A stretch of 64,000 nt of DNA from a bacterium (GTDB taxonomy: Bacteria; Bdellovibrionota; UBA2428): NCBI GenBank assembly GCA_009991595.1, contig JAACVK010000027.1:22587-86586 (forward strand), written 5' to 3'. The notes beneath the pieces were generated by a model. It was not told the DNA's origin, searched no databases, and worked only from the letters and a program-made list of their open reading frames with translations. The number at the start of each line of letters is the position of its first letter. Position 1 is the first letter of the stretch. Of this stretch, positions 39,069 to 48,905 are shown one piece after another. A program made the position numbers and the translations under genes.

Positions 39069-41144
39069 ATGCATAATCTGCTTATGACTGCACCCATTGT
39101 CGGCGCAATCGCATTGTTGATCGCTTTTATTTTAATTTATCGAATTCAGTTAATGCCTGCTGGAAATGCTCGCATGATTGAAATCTCTGGCTATATTCGA
39201 GAAGGTTCTAATGCCTTTTTGATGCGTGAATATAAAATCTTAACGGTTTACTGCATCGTTTTGTTTTTTATTCTTACTTTTAGTTCTTTAGGGATTCATA
39301 CCGCTGCAAGTTTTGTGCTGGGAGCTTTGCTCTCTTTGGTTGCTGGCTTTCTAGGTATGAAGGCTGCAACCCTTGCAAACGTTAGAACTGCTCAGGCGGC
39401 AAAAGCTAGCGGCCGTGGCGTTGCTTTGATGGCTGCTTTTGATGGTGGCGCTGTTATGGGTCTTTGTGTTGCGGGACTAGGTCTTTTGGGCCTTGGTGGC
39501 ATCTTCTTTTACTTTCATGAAGACACCGTGTTGTTTACCCATTTGATTCACGGATTTGGTGTTGGTTCTTCTTCGATCGCTCTTTTCGCTCGTATTGGTG
39601 GTGGTATTTATACCAAGGCTGCTGACGTGGGTGCCGATCTGGCTGGAAAAGTGATTGCGGGGATTCCCGAGGATGACCCCAGAAACCCTGGCGTCATTGC
39701 TGATAACGTCGGTGACAACGTAGGTGATGTCGCAGGTATGGGGGCTGATATTTTCGAAAGTTATGTGGCGGCTTCTGTCGCGGCGATGGCCTTGGCACTT
39801 ACAATGGCTCCGGAATCTTTGGAAATGCTTTCTGCAAACTATGCTCGTTATTCAACTGAAGATTTACGCTTCATTGGAAAGTTTCTTCCTATCCTTCTCG
39901 CTACTGTTGGTTTGATTGTGAGTATGGGAGCTATTTTTGCTGTTCGCTTTTTTAAGGATAATTCACCAGCTAAGGTTTTGCGTTGGGCTCTTTTGACTCC
40001 TCCGGTAATTTTTATCGTGATCACTTGGGCTTTGGTTAAGCACTATGAACTTGGTATTGGCATTATGACTGCTGTTATATCGGGTGCTATCGGTGGTGGT
40101 ATCATTGGTTTGATTACCGATTACTACACAAGCTCTACTCCTGTTGTGAAGATTGCAAAGTCTTCTTTGACAGGTGCTGGAACGAACGTCATTCAAGGTT
40201 TGGCTGTTGGTTTAGAGAGTGTGATCTTGCCTTTGTTCATTGTCGCTGTTGTGGCGTTTATGAGTTACAAATCGTTGGGCTTGTATGGAATTGCTATTGC
40301 GGCCGTTTCTATGTTGGCTGTGAACGCAATGGTTATGACTGTTGACGCCTATGGACCTATCAGTGACAACGCTGGTGGGATTGCAGAGTTCACAGAAATG
40401 GGTAGCGAAGTTCGCGACATTACGGATGAGCTGGATGCTGTTGGTAACACCACTGCTGCTATTGGAAAGGGCTTTGCCATTGGTTCTGCAGTTTTGACGG
40501 TTGTGGCTTTGTTTGCAGCTTTTAAATCTGAGATTGATGCAAACCGTGTTGGTGGAATGAGTTTAGAGTTAACAGATGGAAGAGTTCTTGTTGGACTCCT
40601 CATCGGTGGAATTCTACCTTGTATTGTGGGCGCATCGACTATGAGAGCAGTTGGAAAAGCTGCTGAAGAAATCGTGCAGGAAATTGGACGTCAGTTTCGT
40701 GAAATTCCAGGCTTGTTAGAAGGCAAGGAAGGCGTTCGTCCTGATAGTGCTCGTTGTGTAGATATGGCAACAAAAGCAGCGCTTGGCCAAATGATTTTGC
40801 CTGGTATGGTGGCTATTGTGTTTCCTCCAGTTGTTGGGTTCCTGTTGGGTGCGGAAGCACTAGCAGGAATGCTTGCAGGAGCTATGGTTGTAGGTGCTGT
40901 TCTTTCTTTGTTTATGGCCAATGCCGGTGGAGCTTGGGATAATGCGAAAAAGTTCATCGAAAAAGGTGGGCTTGAAGGACACGGTAAAGGGTCTGAAGCT
41001 CATAAGGCCGCAGTTGTTGGTGACACTGTAGGTGATCCGTTTAAAGACACCTCGGGCCCAGGAATTGCAATTTTGATTAAAGTAATGAGCGTTGTCTCTT
41101 TAATGATTGCGAGCTTGATCGCTACACGCGAAGGTCTACTTTAA
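39069..41144 (+). CDS. hppA: Membrane-integral pyrophosphatase (K+-dependent-type signature)
   Basis: 691 aa, many TMs; GGGIYTKAADVGADLAGKV, DNVGDNVGDVAGMGADIFESY, GNTTAAIGKGFAIGSA. Confidence 0.95.
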   Translation: MHNLLMTAPIVGAIALLIAFILIYRIQLMPAGNARMIEISGYIREGSNAFLMREYKILTVYCIVLFFILTFSSLGIHTAASFVLGALLSLVAGFLGMKAATLANVRTAQAAKASGRGVALMAAFDGGAVMGLCVAGLGLLGLGGIFFYFHEDTVLFTHLIHGFGVGSSSIALFARIGGGIYTKAADVGADLAGKVIAGIPEDDPRNPGVIADNVGDNVGDVAGMGADIFESYVAASVAAMALALTMAPESLEMLSANYARYSTEDLRFIGKFLPILLATVGLIVSMGAIFAVRFFKDNSPAKVLRWALLTPPVIFIVITWALVKHYELGIGIMTAVISGAIGGGIIGLITDYYTSSTPVVKIAKSSLTGAGTNVIQGLAVGLESVILPLFIVAVVAFMSYKSLGLYGIAIAAVSMLAVNAMVMTVDAYGPISDNAGGIAEFTEMGSEVRDITDELDAVGNTTAAIGKGFAIGSAVLTVVALFAAFKSEIDANRVGGMSLELTDGRVLVGLLIGGILPCIVGASTMRAVGKAAEEIVQEIGRQFREIPGLLEGKEGVRPDSARCVDMATKAALGQMILPGMVAIVFPPVVGFLLGAEALAGMLAGAMVVGAVLSLFMANAGGAWDNAKKFIEKGGLEGHGKGSEAHKAAVVGDTVGDPFKDTSGPGIAILIKVMSVVSLMIASLIATREGLL

Positions 41145-41174
41145 ATCATTTAAAATTTGATTGAGTTTAAATTG

Positions 41175-41216
41175 AAAAGCCCTAACTAAGAGTAAATTCT
41201 TAGTTAGGGCTTTTTT
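41175..41216 (+). terminator. Intrinsic terminator after hppA
   Basis: 16-bp perfect stem aaaagccctaactaag / cttagttagggctttt with an 8-nt loop and a T-run. Confidence 0.85.
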
Positions 41217-41300
41217 CATATATCTACCTGAGAAAATCATCTTGTTTTTTTTGCGTTTGTGAATCTTTACAGGTTATTGATGCTGCGTTAACTCATTTGA

Positions 41301-42338
41301 ATGTCGCTTAAGTTTCTTCCCGGGATTTTATTGATCTTCTTTTTCTCGCTTGCTCCCCTTCATGCTCAAGATGAATTGTCCTCTTTGACAGAATTTGAAA
41401 AGAAGATGTTAGGCAAGCCGCTAAACGCTTTAAATGGAAATTGTTTAGGAGCTTGCAAGTCAACCATGGTGTCTTCGGGATACTTGCCTGAATTGGTTTT
41501 GAGAGCCCACAAGGAAGAAGAGAAGCTTTTTAGACTTAGCCATGAGGGAATTTTTTCTTCTGACTTTTTTGAACGCCCTGAAGCAATGGTGCGCTTGTTT
41601 CGGCAGATTGGAATAGATGAAGAAGAGGTGGTTGCCTACTTGTGGATGGTTGGATTTAGCGGCTATTCGCAATTGCAGATAAAGGAATTCATGTTTCCAC
41701 TAGTTGAACAAGCTTTGGAACTGCCTAGCGGGATTATTTCTAAGAACCTTTACGTTTCATCCAGGGACCAGGCGCGCCCCATTTTTTATAAAGCTGTTCA
41801 AGAATATACTAAGAGGGCCTTGAGAAGGAATCTCGAGTTTTGGAATTTAGATGACAAAGGAATCTATAATACGATTTTTGGCGAGTTTAACTTTGCTTGG
41901 ATGTCTGTGCTAGATATTTTTGAGTCTCCTGAATTCAACGGGGACTATAGAAATTTCAAAAGAATTTTTCCTGAAGATAGAGAGGATCTTGGAATGGCTG
42001 TCTATACACCGAATAAGGTGGGTCCAGAAGGTTCCATAGAGGTGGACTTACGAGATGGTAAACAAGTGCCCTCAGGATCGATTATTGTTTATCGCGTTGG
42101 ATCTGGCTACACAAAAGGAAAGGCCCTGGAGGGTGAAACCCGCTGGGATGACCTAGAAAATGCCGCTGAGGATCTTTTGGCTGTGGATGGAAAGCCTGGT
42201 CATGTCGAGGCTTGTGTCTACAGTGAGGGTGCCAACGGCAATTTCTATTGTTCCGATGGGCGCAAAGACAAGCCCGCCACTGAGTGGAGTTTGGATCGGG
42301 AGATCTTCGCCATATACCTGCCTGTTGAATCCATTTGA
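41301..42338 (+). CDS. Hypothetical secreted protein
   Basis: 345 aa with signal peptide ILLIFFFSLAPLHA. No family recognised with confidence. Confidence 0.6.
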   Translation: MSLKFLPGILLIFFFSLAPLHAQDELSSLTEFEKKMLGKPLNALNGNCLGACKSTMVSSGYLPELVLRAHKEEEKLFRLSHEGIFSSDFFERPEAMVRLFRQIGIDEEEVVAYLWMVGFSGYSQLQIKEFMFPLVEQALELPSGIISKNLYVSSRDQARPIFYKAVQEYTKRALRRNLEFWNLDDKGIYNTIFGEFNFAWMSVLDIFESPEFNGDYRNFKRIFPEDREDLGMAVYTPNKVGPEGSIEVDLRDGKQVPSGSIIVYRVGSGYTKGKALEGETRWDDLENAAEDLLAVDGKPGHVEACVYSEGANGNFYCSDGRKDKPATEWSLDREIFAIYLPVESI

Positions 42339-42380
42339 AGATGTACTCTATCGTAGGGAGCTCTAATGTTTAAATGGGCT

Positions 42381-42914
42381 CTAATGTCTCAGAGTTCGGA
42401 GCATTTCTTGAAAGTCATGAAATACATGTGGGTTATTTTCTTTTAAGTAAGATAGCTTCAGAACTTTTCCGGGTTGGATAAATGTCCATAGGCAAAGTTC
42501 AGTCTTCGACTCGGTAAAAAATGCCTTCATGTTTTGGGTGTCCACAGTGAGCGGAGTTTCAACACTATCTGATAACCATTGAACAAGTTCATCATCATTT
42601 GTAATGGATTGCTTGGAGATTGTTTCAATGGCACCTCTTTTAGGGAGTCTCAATGCGCGTGTTACTTCTCCAAATATCGTGAGATTAGGAACTTCTACCA
42701 AAGTCCATCTTTTAGGGATTGCGAAAGATAGATCGTGATTCTGGGAATAGAACCGTTCATAGGAGGCATGTCCTATTTCAGTACCATCTACTTCTGAGTT
42801 TGGTGAAAATCTGGCATGACCTGTTTCAAATCCGACTTGCAGAAAATCAAAATGGTCGCTAGCTGAAACGGCGAAAGCCAAATTTAAACTAATCACTATT
42901 AAAAAATATCTCAT
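42381..42914 (-). CDS. Hypothetical secreted protein, translationally coupled to the upstream TIGR02147-like gene
   Basis: 177 aa with signal peptide MRYFLIVISLNLAFAVSA. Its start overlaps the upstream stop (ATGA at 42911-42914). Confidence 0.6.
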   Translation of the reverse strand: MRYFLIVISLNLAFAVSASDHFDFLQVGFETGHARFSPNSEVDGTEIGHASYERFYSQNHDLSFAIPKRWTLVEVPNLTIFGEVTRALRLPKRGAIETISKQSITNDDELVQWLSDSVETPLTVDTQNMKAFFTESKTELCLWTFIQPGKVLKLSYLKENNPHVFHDFQEMLRTLRH

Positions 42915-43762
42915 TGTTTATTCCCCCCTGATAGTGGAAAAAAGTTAAGTGCTAAATGATAGACTTCATCATTGCCGTCTTCGGTTGTAAGAACTTTGTT
43001 GAGGTTTTGTCGAAAATCTCTAATTAAGTTTTTAACGGCAGGCAGCCGCCTCTTAGATATAGCAATAGTTAGACCGCTCGTTTCTCTGTCTTCAGGAATA
43101 GTGTTTAAGATGGAAGCCATAGATAGGGAAGCAAATTGATAGTGGAGTCTTCTAACAATAAGTTTGTGTTCTGATTCATCTCCTGTCGTTAGCAATGCCT
43201 CGCTAGGTTTATATCCCGCTTCTCCCAGTTGAATAATTTGGAGCTTCTTTAAGCAGTCTAGCGCTTCTTTGGCTTGCTTGGTTGTGATGCGATTTCCCAT
43301 TCTTTGAGCTACCCATTTTGGGTCGTCTTGAAAGTCGGCCAACAAAGTAAGTTCTCGAACAACGCATATATACCAATGTTTCAGAAACTCGGTCATCGTT
43401 CCGTCGACTTGGCTGGCCTGCTTTTGAGTTCGTGAACGAAGTTTTATGATTTGGTCTAAATAGTGTTTTTTATCGTCTGCGCTACTATCGCAGTCGGTAT
43501 ATGAGACCAGGTTTTTAAAATATTCAATCTCGAGTTTTTCTAGGCCGAGGCCCCGGATAAAGTTGTTGAGATATTTATCTGTGATTCTTCGCTGGCCATC
43601 GATGACTAATTTTAAGTAGTTTGGGGAAGTAATTTTGGCTCTCAATGCGAACGAGCGATAGGAGAACTGTGGATTCTTAAGCTTTTTCTGGCGATAGAAA
43701 TCCTTCAGATAAGCACGATAATCGCTGTATTCAAAAACATTGATGGCGACAGCCCCTGACAC
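42911..43762 (-). CDS. TIGR02147/DUF4423-like family protein (putative HTH-containing, function unknown)
   Basis: 283 aa. The N-terminus NVFEYSDYRAYLKDFYRQKKLKNPQFSYRSFALRAKITSPNYLKLVIDGQRRIT matches my memory of the family signature, which is expanded in Fibrobacter and Bdellovibrio. Not verified by search. Confidence 0.5.
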   Translation of the reverse strand: MSGAVAINVFEYSDYRAYLKDFYRQKKLKNPQFSYRSFALRAKITSPNYLKLVIDGQRRITDKYLNNFIRGLGLEKLEIEYFKNLVSYTDCDSSADDKKHYLDQIIKLRSRTQKQASQVDGTMTEFLKHWYICVVRELTLLADFQDDPKWVAQRMGNRITTKQAKEALDCLKKLQIIQLGEAGYKPSEALLTTGDESEHKLIVRRLHYQFASLSMASILNTIPEDRETSGLTIAISKRRLPAVKNLIRDFRQNLNKVLTTEDGNDEVYHLALNFFPLSGGNKQ

Positions 43763-43850
43763 AGTATTCCCCCCCTGAAGTATTTATGTTAACGCCAAGT
43801 GGAGAAAAATCGAGCCTATATAAGTCTTTACAGCAAAAAATGATGGAACA

Positions 43851-43870
43851 CCGTTAACAGCTGTTAACGG
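43851..43870. promoter_or_regulatory. Perfect 20-bp palindrome, candidate operator
   Basis: ccgttaacag|ctgttaacgg lies 89-108 bp upstream of the 43762 start codon. A further half-site, tgttaacg, sits at 43786-43793. Confidence 0.45.
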
Positions 43871-44018
43871 AAACTCTGGCTTCTAATGGAAATAACTGGG
43901 GAAATTTTGAGCGTTCGTATATCGTTAGATGATGTAGAGAGTCGAGAAGACGCCAAAAGTGTCAAGTTGTTGACTCTCCACATTCCCAAGTGCTGTCCTA
44001 TCATCCCTTTTCGAAAGT

Positions 44019-44046
44019 GGGAGCGACTTCCCCAAAAGTCGCTCCC
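44019..44046 (-). terminator. Hairpin downstream of the 44061-45101 gene
   Basis: 11-bp perfect stem gggagcgactt / aagtcgctccc with a 6-nt loop, starting about 15 nt after the stop on the minus strand. The U-tract is weak (actttcg). Confidence 0.5.
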
Positions 44047-44060
44047 GCCCCATATACAGC

Positions 44061-45101
44061 CTATTTAACAATGATTTCAAGGTCGTCAGCAGAATCAAGC
44101 ATAATTTGAGGGTTGGCTTGATTTGGATCCACCACGTTGAGTCTACCGCGAGCTTTGACTTCGATTTTATTGTGAACAAGTTTGTTTCGTCCACTTACAA
44201 AGTTTTGTGGATCTTTAGCCCAAGCTGCAGCCATTTTGTCTCGAATGGCTTTGAACTTATCCATATCCTCAAAATTTACAATTGTGTAGTTGGTCTTGAT
44301 CCCAAACTCGTCTGTTTGAAGTAGGGCCCAAACGTCGAAAGAAACCTGCGGACTTTTAGGAAAAAGAATAAGTTCTCCTTGGAGAGTTGCCATCTTTTCA
44401 TTCTGATCTTCAATCCGGTCGAAAACTTCTATGGGGTTCTCTACATTTGGATCAAGCTCCAAGTGTGTCGGTCTGCCTGGGTTTTCTTGGATAACATAAT
44501 TTAAAATTATTTTATCATTCCTATAAAGATCACGGCTAAGTTCATTGCGTGTAACAAAGATAGGCACGACCATTTCTTTGTATTCAAGAACCAATATTTT
44601 TCCATCTGCATGAACGGCATGGACTAAAAATCGAGCACTATTTTTTGCCTTTAGTTCTTCTGGAATATTCTCAGGATAGTCATGTTTCGGAAGGCCTGGA
44701 GTTGGTTCATATTTTTTTAGCACTTCGATATTACTAAGTTTTATGTGCTTTTGAGGGCTGTCGTTGTCTGCAAATTTTCCAGTGATTCGAATTTTGTCGT
44801 GCCTTTGAAGGCTGGATAGGACCTTTTTTAACTCTTGATCTCGGGTGATCATCGACATGTGAACATAGTTGAAAAAGTTTTCTCGATCTCTATAGGTCGC
44901 CACATATAGGCCGTATTGAGCCACAGCCGAATGAACCTCTACAACAAGACCTTCGTTGGCGAGTTGTCTTTGAATTTCTTTGAAATCAAAATCTTGTTTG
45001 GTCACCGTCTCGTGTGAGTGTGGTGGCGTGGAACACGCTTGGAAGCTGAAAGCTCCCAACCCCATAAAAAAACAAATAGAATGTAAAAATCGTTTCAACA
45101 T
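44061..45101 (-). CDS. Hypothetical exported protein (possible lipoprotein)
   Basis: 346 aa with N-terminal ICFFMGLGAFSFQAC (non-canonical lipobox). No family recognised. Confidence 0.6.
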   Translation of the reverse strand: MLKRFLHSICFFMGLGAFSFQACSTPPHSHETVTKQDFDFKEIQRQLANEGLVVEVHSAVAQYGLYVATYRDRENFFNYVHMSMITRDQELKKVLSSLQRHDKIRITGKFADNDSPQKHIKLSNIEVLKKYEPTPGLPKHDYPENIPEELKAKNSARFLVHAVHADGKILVLEYKEMVVPIFVTRNELSRDLYRNDKIILNYVIQENPGRPTHLELDPNVENPIEVFDRIEDQNEKMATLQGELILFPKSPQVSFDVWALLQTDEFGIKTNYTIVNFEDMDKFKAIRDKMAAAWAKDPQNFVSGRNKLVHNKIEVKARGRLNVVDPNQANPQIMLDSADDLEIIVK

Positions 45102-45170
45102 TTTGCCCCTCCTTTTCCCGTATCAAGGCAATCATTTAAATTCTAGGACTATTAGCAGTCAGACAGAGAG

Positions 45171-46190
45171 CTAGAAGGTCTTGTGTGGAAGACTCTCTAG
45201 GCGTCCCGCCTGACTGACGTAAACATAATCAAGTTTCTTTTGAAGCTCAGCTATATTGGAGGCACCGCCATAGGTGAGTCCACTTCTCAATCCACCAATG
45301 ATGTCTGCCAAGACTCCGTCGTGATCTTCTCGATAAGGAACGTTGGTAGCGACGCCCTCGGCAGTTTTCCAATCGGACATGGGGCCCATAAAATCCTCTT
45401 GAGCTTCGCGGCTGGCCATTCCTCTATATTGTTTGTACTTTTTTCCATCGCTGTCTGTGAAAACAGCTCCTGGGGTAGGGGTTGTTCCAGCAAGCATGCC
45501 GCCCATCATTACAAAATCGGCGCCAAAGGCTAACGCTTTGACAACATCTCCAGGACTTCTAACTCCACCGTCACAAACTAAAGAGCGGTCGACTCTTGCA
45601 CATTGTTGGATAGAAGAGAGTGTTGGAACGCCGAATCCGGTTTTGATTCGGGTGCTGCAAACAGAGCCTCCGCCAATCCCCACTTTAATTAGGTCAGCTC
45701 CACAAGAAGCTAGATAGTCTGCCCCAGCGTAGGTTGCGACATTTCCGGCCATGATGCAGAAGTTTTCTTCTTCGAGGAGCTCTTTTCGAAGAGTCTTTAA
45801 AACGCGACCAATGTATCGAGCGTGTCCATGGGCTACATCAATGACAAAGTATTGAGCGCCTGCATCGCGAAGGGCTTCAACTCTTTCAAACTCCTTGTCG
45901 GAACATCCAATAGACACAAAGGTTTTTTTGGGAGATTTTTTAAACATTTCCACATTTTGATCGACTGTGCAAAAGCGATGGAGGGCGCCCATTGCACCCT
46001 TTTCGGCCATGAAATTCGCCATATTGCTTTCGGTGATGGTGTCCATGTTTGAGGAAATGATGGGGAGGTCTAGTTTAAGTTTCTTACATCGACTGGTGCT
46101 GCTGATGTCTACAAGTCTTCTGCTTTCATAGTGATTGTAGGTGGGAATAAGTAGAACATCGTCGAAGGTAAAGGCTTGTTGGATTTGCAT
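45171..46190 (-). CDS. guaC: GMP reductase-like IMPDH/GMPR family oxidoreductase (no CBS insert)
   Basis: 339 aa; FDDVLLIP..., catalytic-loop KVGIGGGSVCSTR, DGGVRSPGDVVKALAFGADFVMMG. The length and lack of CBS domains favour GMP reductase over IMPDH. Confidence 0.7.
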   Translation of the reverse strand: MQIQQAFTFDDVLLIPTYNHYESRRLVDISSTSRCKKLKLDLPIISSNMDTITESNMANFMAEKGAMGALHRFCTVDQNVEMFKKSPKKTFVSIGCSDKEFERVEALRDAGAQYFVIDVAHGHARYIGRVLKTLRKELLEEENFCIMAGNVATYAGADYLASCGADLIKVGIGGGSVCSTRIKTGFGVPTLSSIQQCARVDRSLVCDGGVRSPGDVVKALAFGADFVMMGGMLAGTTPTPGAVFTDSDGKKYKQYRGMASREAQEDFMGPMSDWKTAEGVATNVPYREDHDGVLADIIGGLRSGLTYGGASNIAELQKKLDYVYVSQAGRLESLPHKTF

Positions 46191-46290
46191 AGCGGATATG
46201 GTTTAGCAAAGGATTCAGGCTATGGCCAGCCCCGAAGGAAATGGCTGCGCCGAAGTAAGTTCTTTAATATTAAACACTTAGGAGGTCGAC

Positions 46291-46578
46291 TTAGTTGGAT
46301 GGATCTAGTTTTAAAGCTAAGGCATGAATCACGTTAGAGTCCAAGAGGTCAGATAGAAGCTCGTTGATCAGTCGGTGACGTTGAACGTGGTTCATTCCAT
46401 TGAAGGACTTGCTCTTTGCAATAATTCTAAAATGCGCCCCACCGTGTTCTCTACTGCCAGCATGTCCAATATGAGCTTCACTTTCATCAATCACTTGAAG
46501 TTCTTCCGGGGAAATCTTTGCTTTGATTCGCAGTTCAATCTCTTCTTTCAAGGCTAATTTGCTCATAGCTGTGAGCAT
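46291..46578 (-). CDS. bolA: BolA family protein
   Basis: 95 aa; HFRIIAKSKSFNGMNHVQRHRLINELL...VIHALALKL. The start could instead be the ATG at 46566. Confidence 0.8.
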   Translation of the reverse strand: MLTAMSKLALKEEIELRIKAKISPEELQVIDESEAHIGHAGSREHGGAHFRIIAKSKSFNGMNHVQRHRLINELLSDLLDSNVIHALALKLDPSN

Positions 46579-46594
46579 AGTATAGAAAAGAGCA

Positions 46595-46885
46595 ATGGCC
46601 GAGATGTTGACCCGCAGATTTATTCTACATGGCCGAGTTCAGGGGGTGGGCTGTAGGGCTCAGGTCCAAGAATGGGCTCTATCTATAGGCAGCTTGTCCG
46701 GCTACGTCAAAAATTTGCACGATGGTTGCGTTGAGGTTTGTGCTCATGGTCAAAGTTGGCGGGTGAATGATTTAGAAAAGGCACTCCGAGAGAAGTTATT
46801 GTTTCCAGTAGAGGTAGATTTTGTGGAAACGGACGTTCTTTCTGAGGTCGAATGGCCTCCTGGCTTTGTTGTTCGTCGAAGCTGA
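46595..46885 (+). CDS. acyP: Acylphosphatase
   Basis: 96 aa; [16 protein letters not shown]...[13 protein letters not shown]. Confidence 0.8.
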   Translation: MAEMLTRRFILHGRVQGVGCRAQVQEWALSIGSLSGYVKNLHDGCVEVCAHGQSWRVNDLEKALREKLLFPVEVDFVETDVLSEVEWPPGFVVRRS

Positions 46886-46982
46886 GCAGCCTGCCTAATC
46901 AAAGCGGCCAATAATTTGAGTTTGCCGATTCGTTGACTCAAAGCCTGCTGCTTTAACCTAGCCTAAAGCATAAACTTAGAGG

Positions 46983-48137
46983 GTGGGATCTGCCGAGCTT
47001 ATCATCGACCTAGATCATCTAGGACATAACTTTAAGGTATTACGTTTGGCATCCCTTAACCTACCGTCCTTTGCTGTCATTAAGGCGAGGTCCTATGGCC
47101 TTGGCGCAGTTGAAATTGCTAAATATTTTGAAAAGAACTTTCCTGTCGCAGAGCTTCCCCTGTTTTGTTTGGCACGCTTTGAGGAAGTTGAAGTCTTACG
47201 TAAAGCTGGCGTCACAAGGGATTGTCTTGTTATGAGTGGTTCCCATAGCCATGAGCTTTATGAAAACCTGTCACAAAGAGATCATCTTTGTTTTAGTAGC
47301 TTAGAAGATTTGCAGCTTTTTGCGTCCCGAAAAACATCAAAGAATATTGTAAAGGCCCATCTGCATTTCAATACTGGGATGAATCGTCTTGGCTTGTCGC
47401 CAAGCCTCTTAGAAAATCTGCCTGAAGTCATTCAACTGCTAAAAAGCTGTTCACAAAAGGGCATGGTCTTTGAGGGGCTCATGAGTCATCTTGCTTGCGC
47501 TGAACAAGAGAGAGTGAAGATGTCTGATTTTCAGTTGAAATCATTTGATAAGATTGTTTCGGCTCTAAAACTTTCTTGGCCCTCCATCTTGGGAGCCTTT
47601 CCAAAATGGATTCACCTAGAAAATTCCGAAGGTGTTGCGCATGATGTTCGCTCTTCGAACATAACTGCTATTAGACCAGGTTTGCATCTTTGGGGCATTC
47701 GAGAGGACACGTCAACTCCTCGGGCTAAGTATGAGCTTAAAGCCGTGGCCTGTGTTCGAGGGCGAGTGCGACAGATTCACGAATTAAAAAGTGGTGATGG
47801 AATTGGATACGGCTTGTCTCATATTTGCTCCAAGGAGACTCGATCGGCAACAGTCAATTTGGGCTACGCGGATGGATTGTTACGCCAAGCTGCAAACTCT
47901 TCAAAGTTGGGGTTGTTTATTGATGGAAAGCGCGCACCATTCCTGGGTAGGATATCTATGGATTTGTGTTCGGTCGACGTTAGTGAAATGTCGCAAGTCA
48001 AAGTGGGTGATTGGGCTTATTGGATTTGCGCCGAACAACCTTTGGAAAAGATTGCCACAGAACTTCAGACAATCACTTACGAGATGCAATGCTCCTTAGG
48101 AGCTCGTCTTGTTCCAGTTTACAAGGGAGCTTCTTAG
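46983..48137 (+). CDS. alr: Alanine racemase
   Basis: 384 aa, GTG start. PLP-Lys context AVIKARSYGLGA, plus GMNRLG, NLGYADGLLR and GRISMD. Confidence 0.85.
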   Translation: MGSAELIIDLDHLGHNFKVLRLASLNLPSFAVIKARSYGLGAVEIAKYFEKNFPVAELPLFCLARFEEVEVLRKAGVTRDCLVMSGSHSHELYENLSQRDHLCFSSLEDLQLFASRKTSKNIVKAHLHFNTGMNRLGLSPSLLENLPEVIQLLKSCSQKGMVFEGLMSHLACAEQERVKMSDFQLKSFDKIVSALKLSWPSILGAFPKWIHLENSEGVAHDVRSSNITAIRPGLHLWGIREDTSTPRAKYELKAVACVRGRVRQIHELKSGDGIGYGLSHICSKETRSATVNLGYADGLLRQAANSSKLGLFIDGKRAPFLGRISMDLCSVDVSEMSQVKVGDWAYWICAEQPLEKIATELQTITYEMQCSLGARLVPVYKGAS

Positions 48138-48905
48138 ATGTTCACTGGATTTGTTGGTTACATTAGATACTTAGGCACCCTCACTTTGTTTGCGACCCAG
48201 TCGATTGCTTGGCTCTTTGTTCGGCCGTATCGCTTTCCTCAGTTCATTGATGAGATGGAATTTATTGGCAATCAAAGTTTGTCAATCATATCCCTTACGG
48301 GCTTGTTTACTGGAGCCGTATTGGCCTATCAGTCTTGGATTGCTTTCGATATTGTAGGAACGGACTCTTTGGTAGGCGTGAGCACTTCACTCGCTTTGGC
48401 TCGCGAACTAGGTCCAGTTATGACGGCTATTGTTGTTACAGGTCGCGCTGGTGCGGCCATGACAGCCAAAATTGGTCTAATGCGGGTCTCTGAACAAATA
48501 GATGCCTTGGAAGTTATGGCGATTTCTCCAAAGCAATATCTTATAGCGCCTAAGATTGTCGCAGCTGCTATAGCAACGCCGTTTCTCGCTGGAATATTTA
48601 CACTTGTTGGAAATGTTGGAGGTTACCTTGTAGGGGTCTTTCTTTGCGGAGTTGACCCAGGAGTTTACATTCATAATCTCAAATCATTCTTAGCTCCGTG
48701 GGACATTTATCACGGCTTGATAAAATCGATTATCTTCGGTTTCGTGATTGCTACCATTTGTTGTTACAAGGGTTATACAACCAAGAACGGTGCTGAAGGT
48801 GTCGGGAAGTCAACCAATGAGTCTGTCGTGCTCGGAATTGTTTTCACGCTTGTCATGGACTATTTTTTAAGCGTTATAATTCCGACTGGAATGAGGTCGC
48901 AGTGA
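48138..48905 (+). CDS. mlaE: MlaE-family ABC transporter permease
   Basis: 255 aa; ARELGPVMTAIVVTGRAGAAMTAKIGLMRVSEQIDALEVMAISP. Confidence 0.9.
   Translation: MFTGFVGYIRYLGTLTLFATQSIAWLFVRPYRFPQFIDEMEFIGNQSLSIISLTGLFTGAVLAYQSWIAFDIVGTDSLVGVSTSLALARELGPVMTAIVVTGRAGAAMTAKIGLMRVSEQIDALEVMAISPKQYLIAPKIVAAAIATPFLAGIFTLVGNVGGYLVGVFLCGVDPGVYIHNLKSFLAPWDIYHGLIKSIIFGFVIATICCYKGYTTKNGAEGVGKSTNESVVLGIVFTLVMDYFLSVIIPTGMRSQ

Noticed and set aside
43886-44068. A 60-aa plus-strand ORF in the 43763-44060 intergenic region.
   Set aside because: It has no RBS, and it overlaps a terminator hairpin and the 3' end of the convergent gene. The region is better explained as promoter, operator and terminator space.
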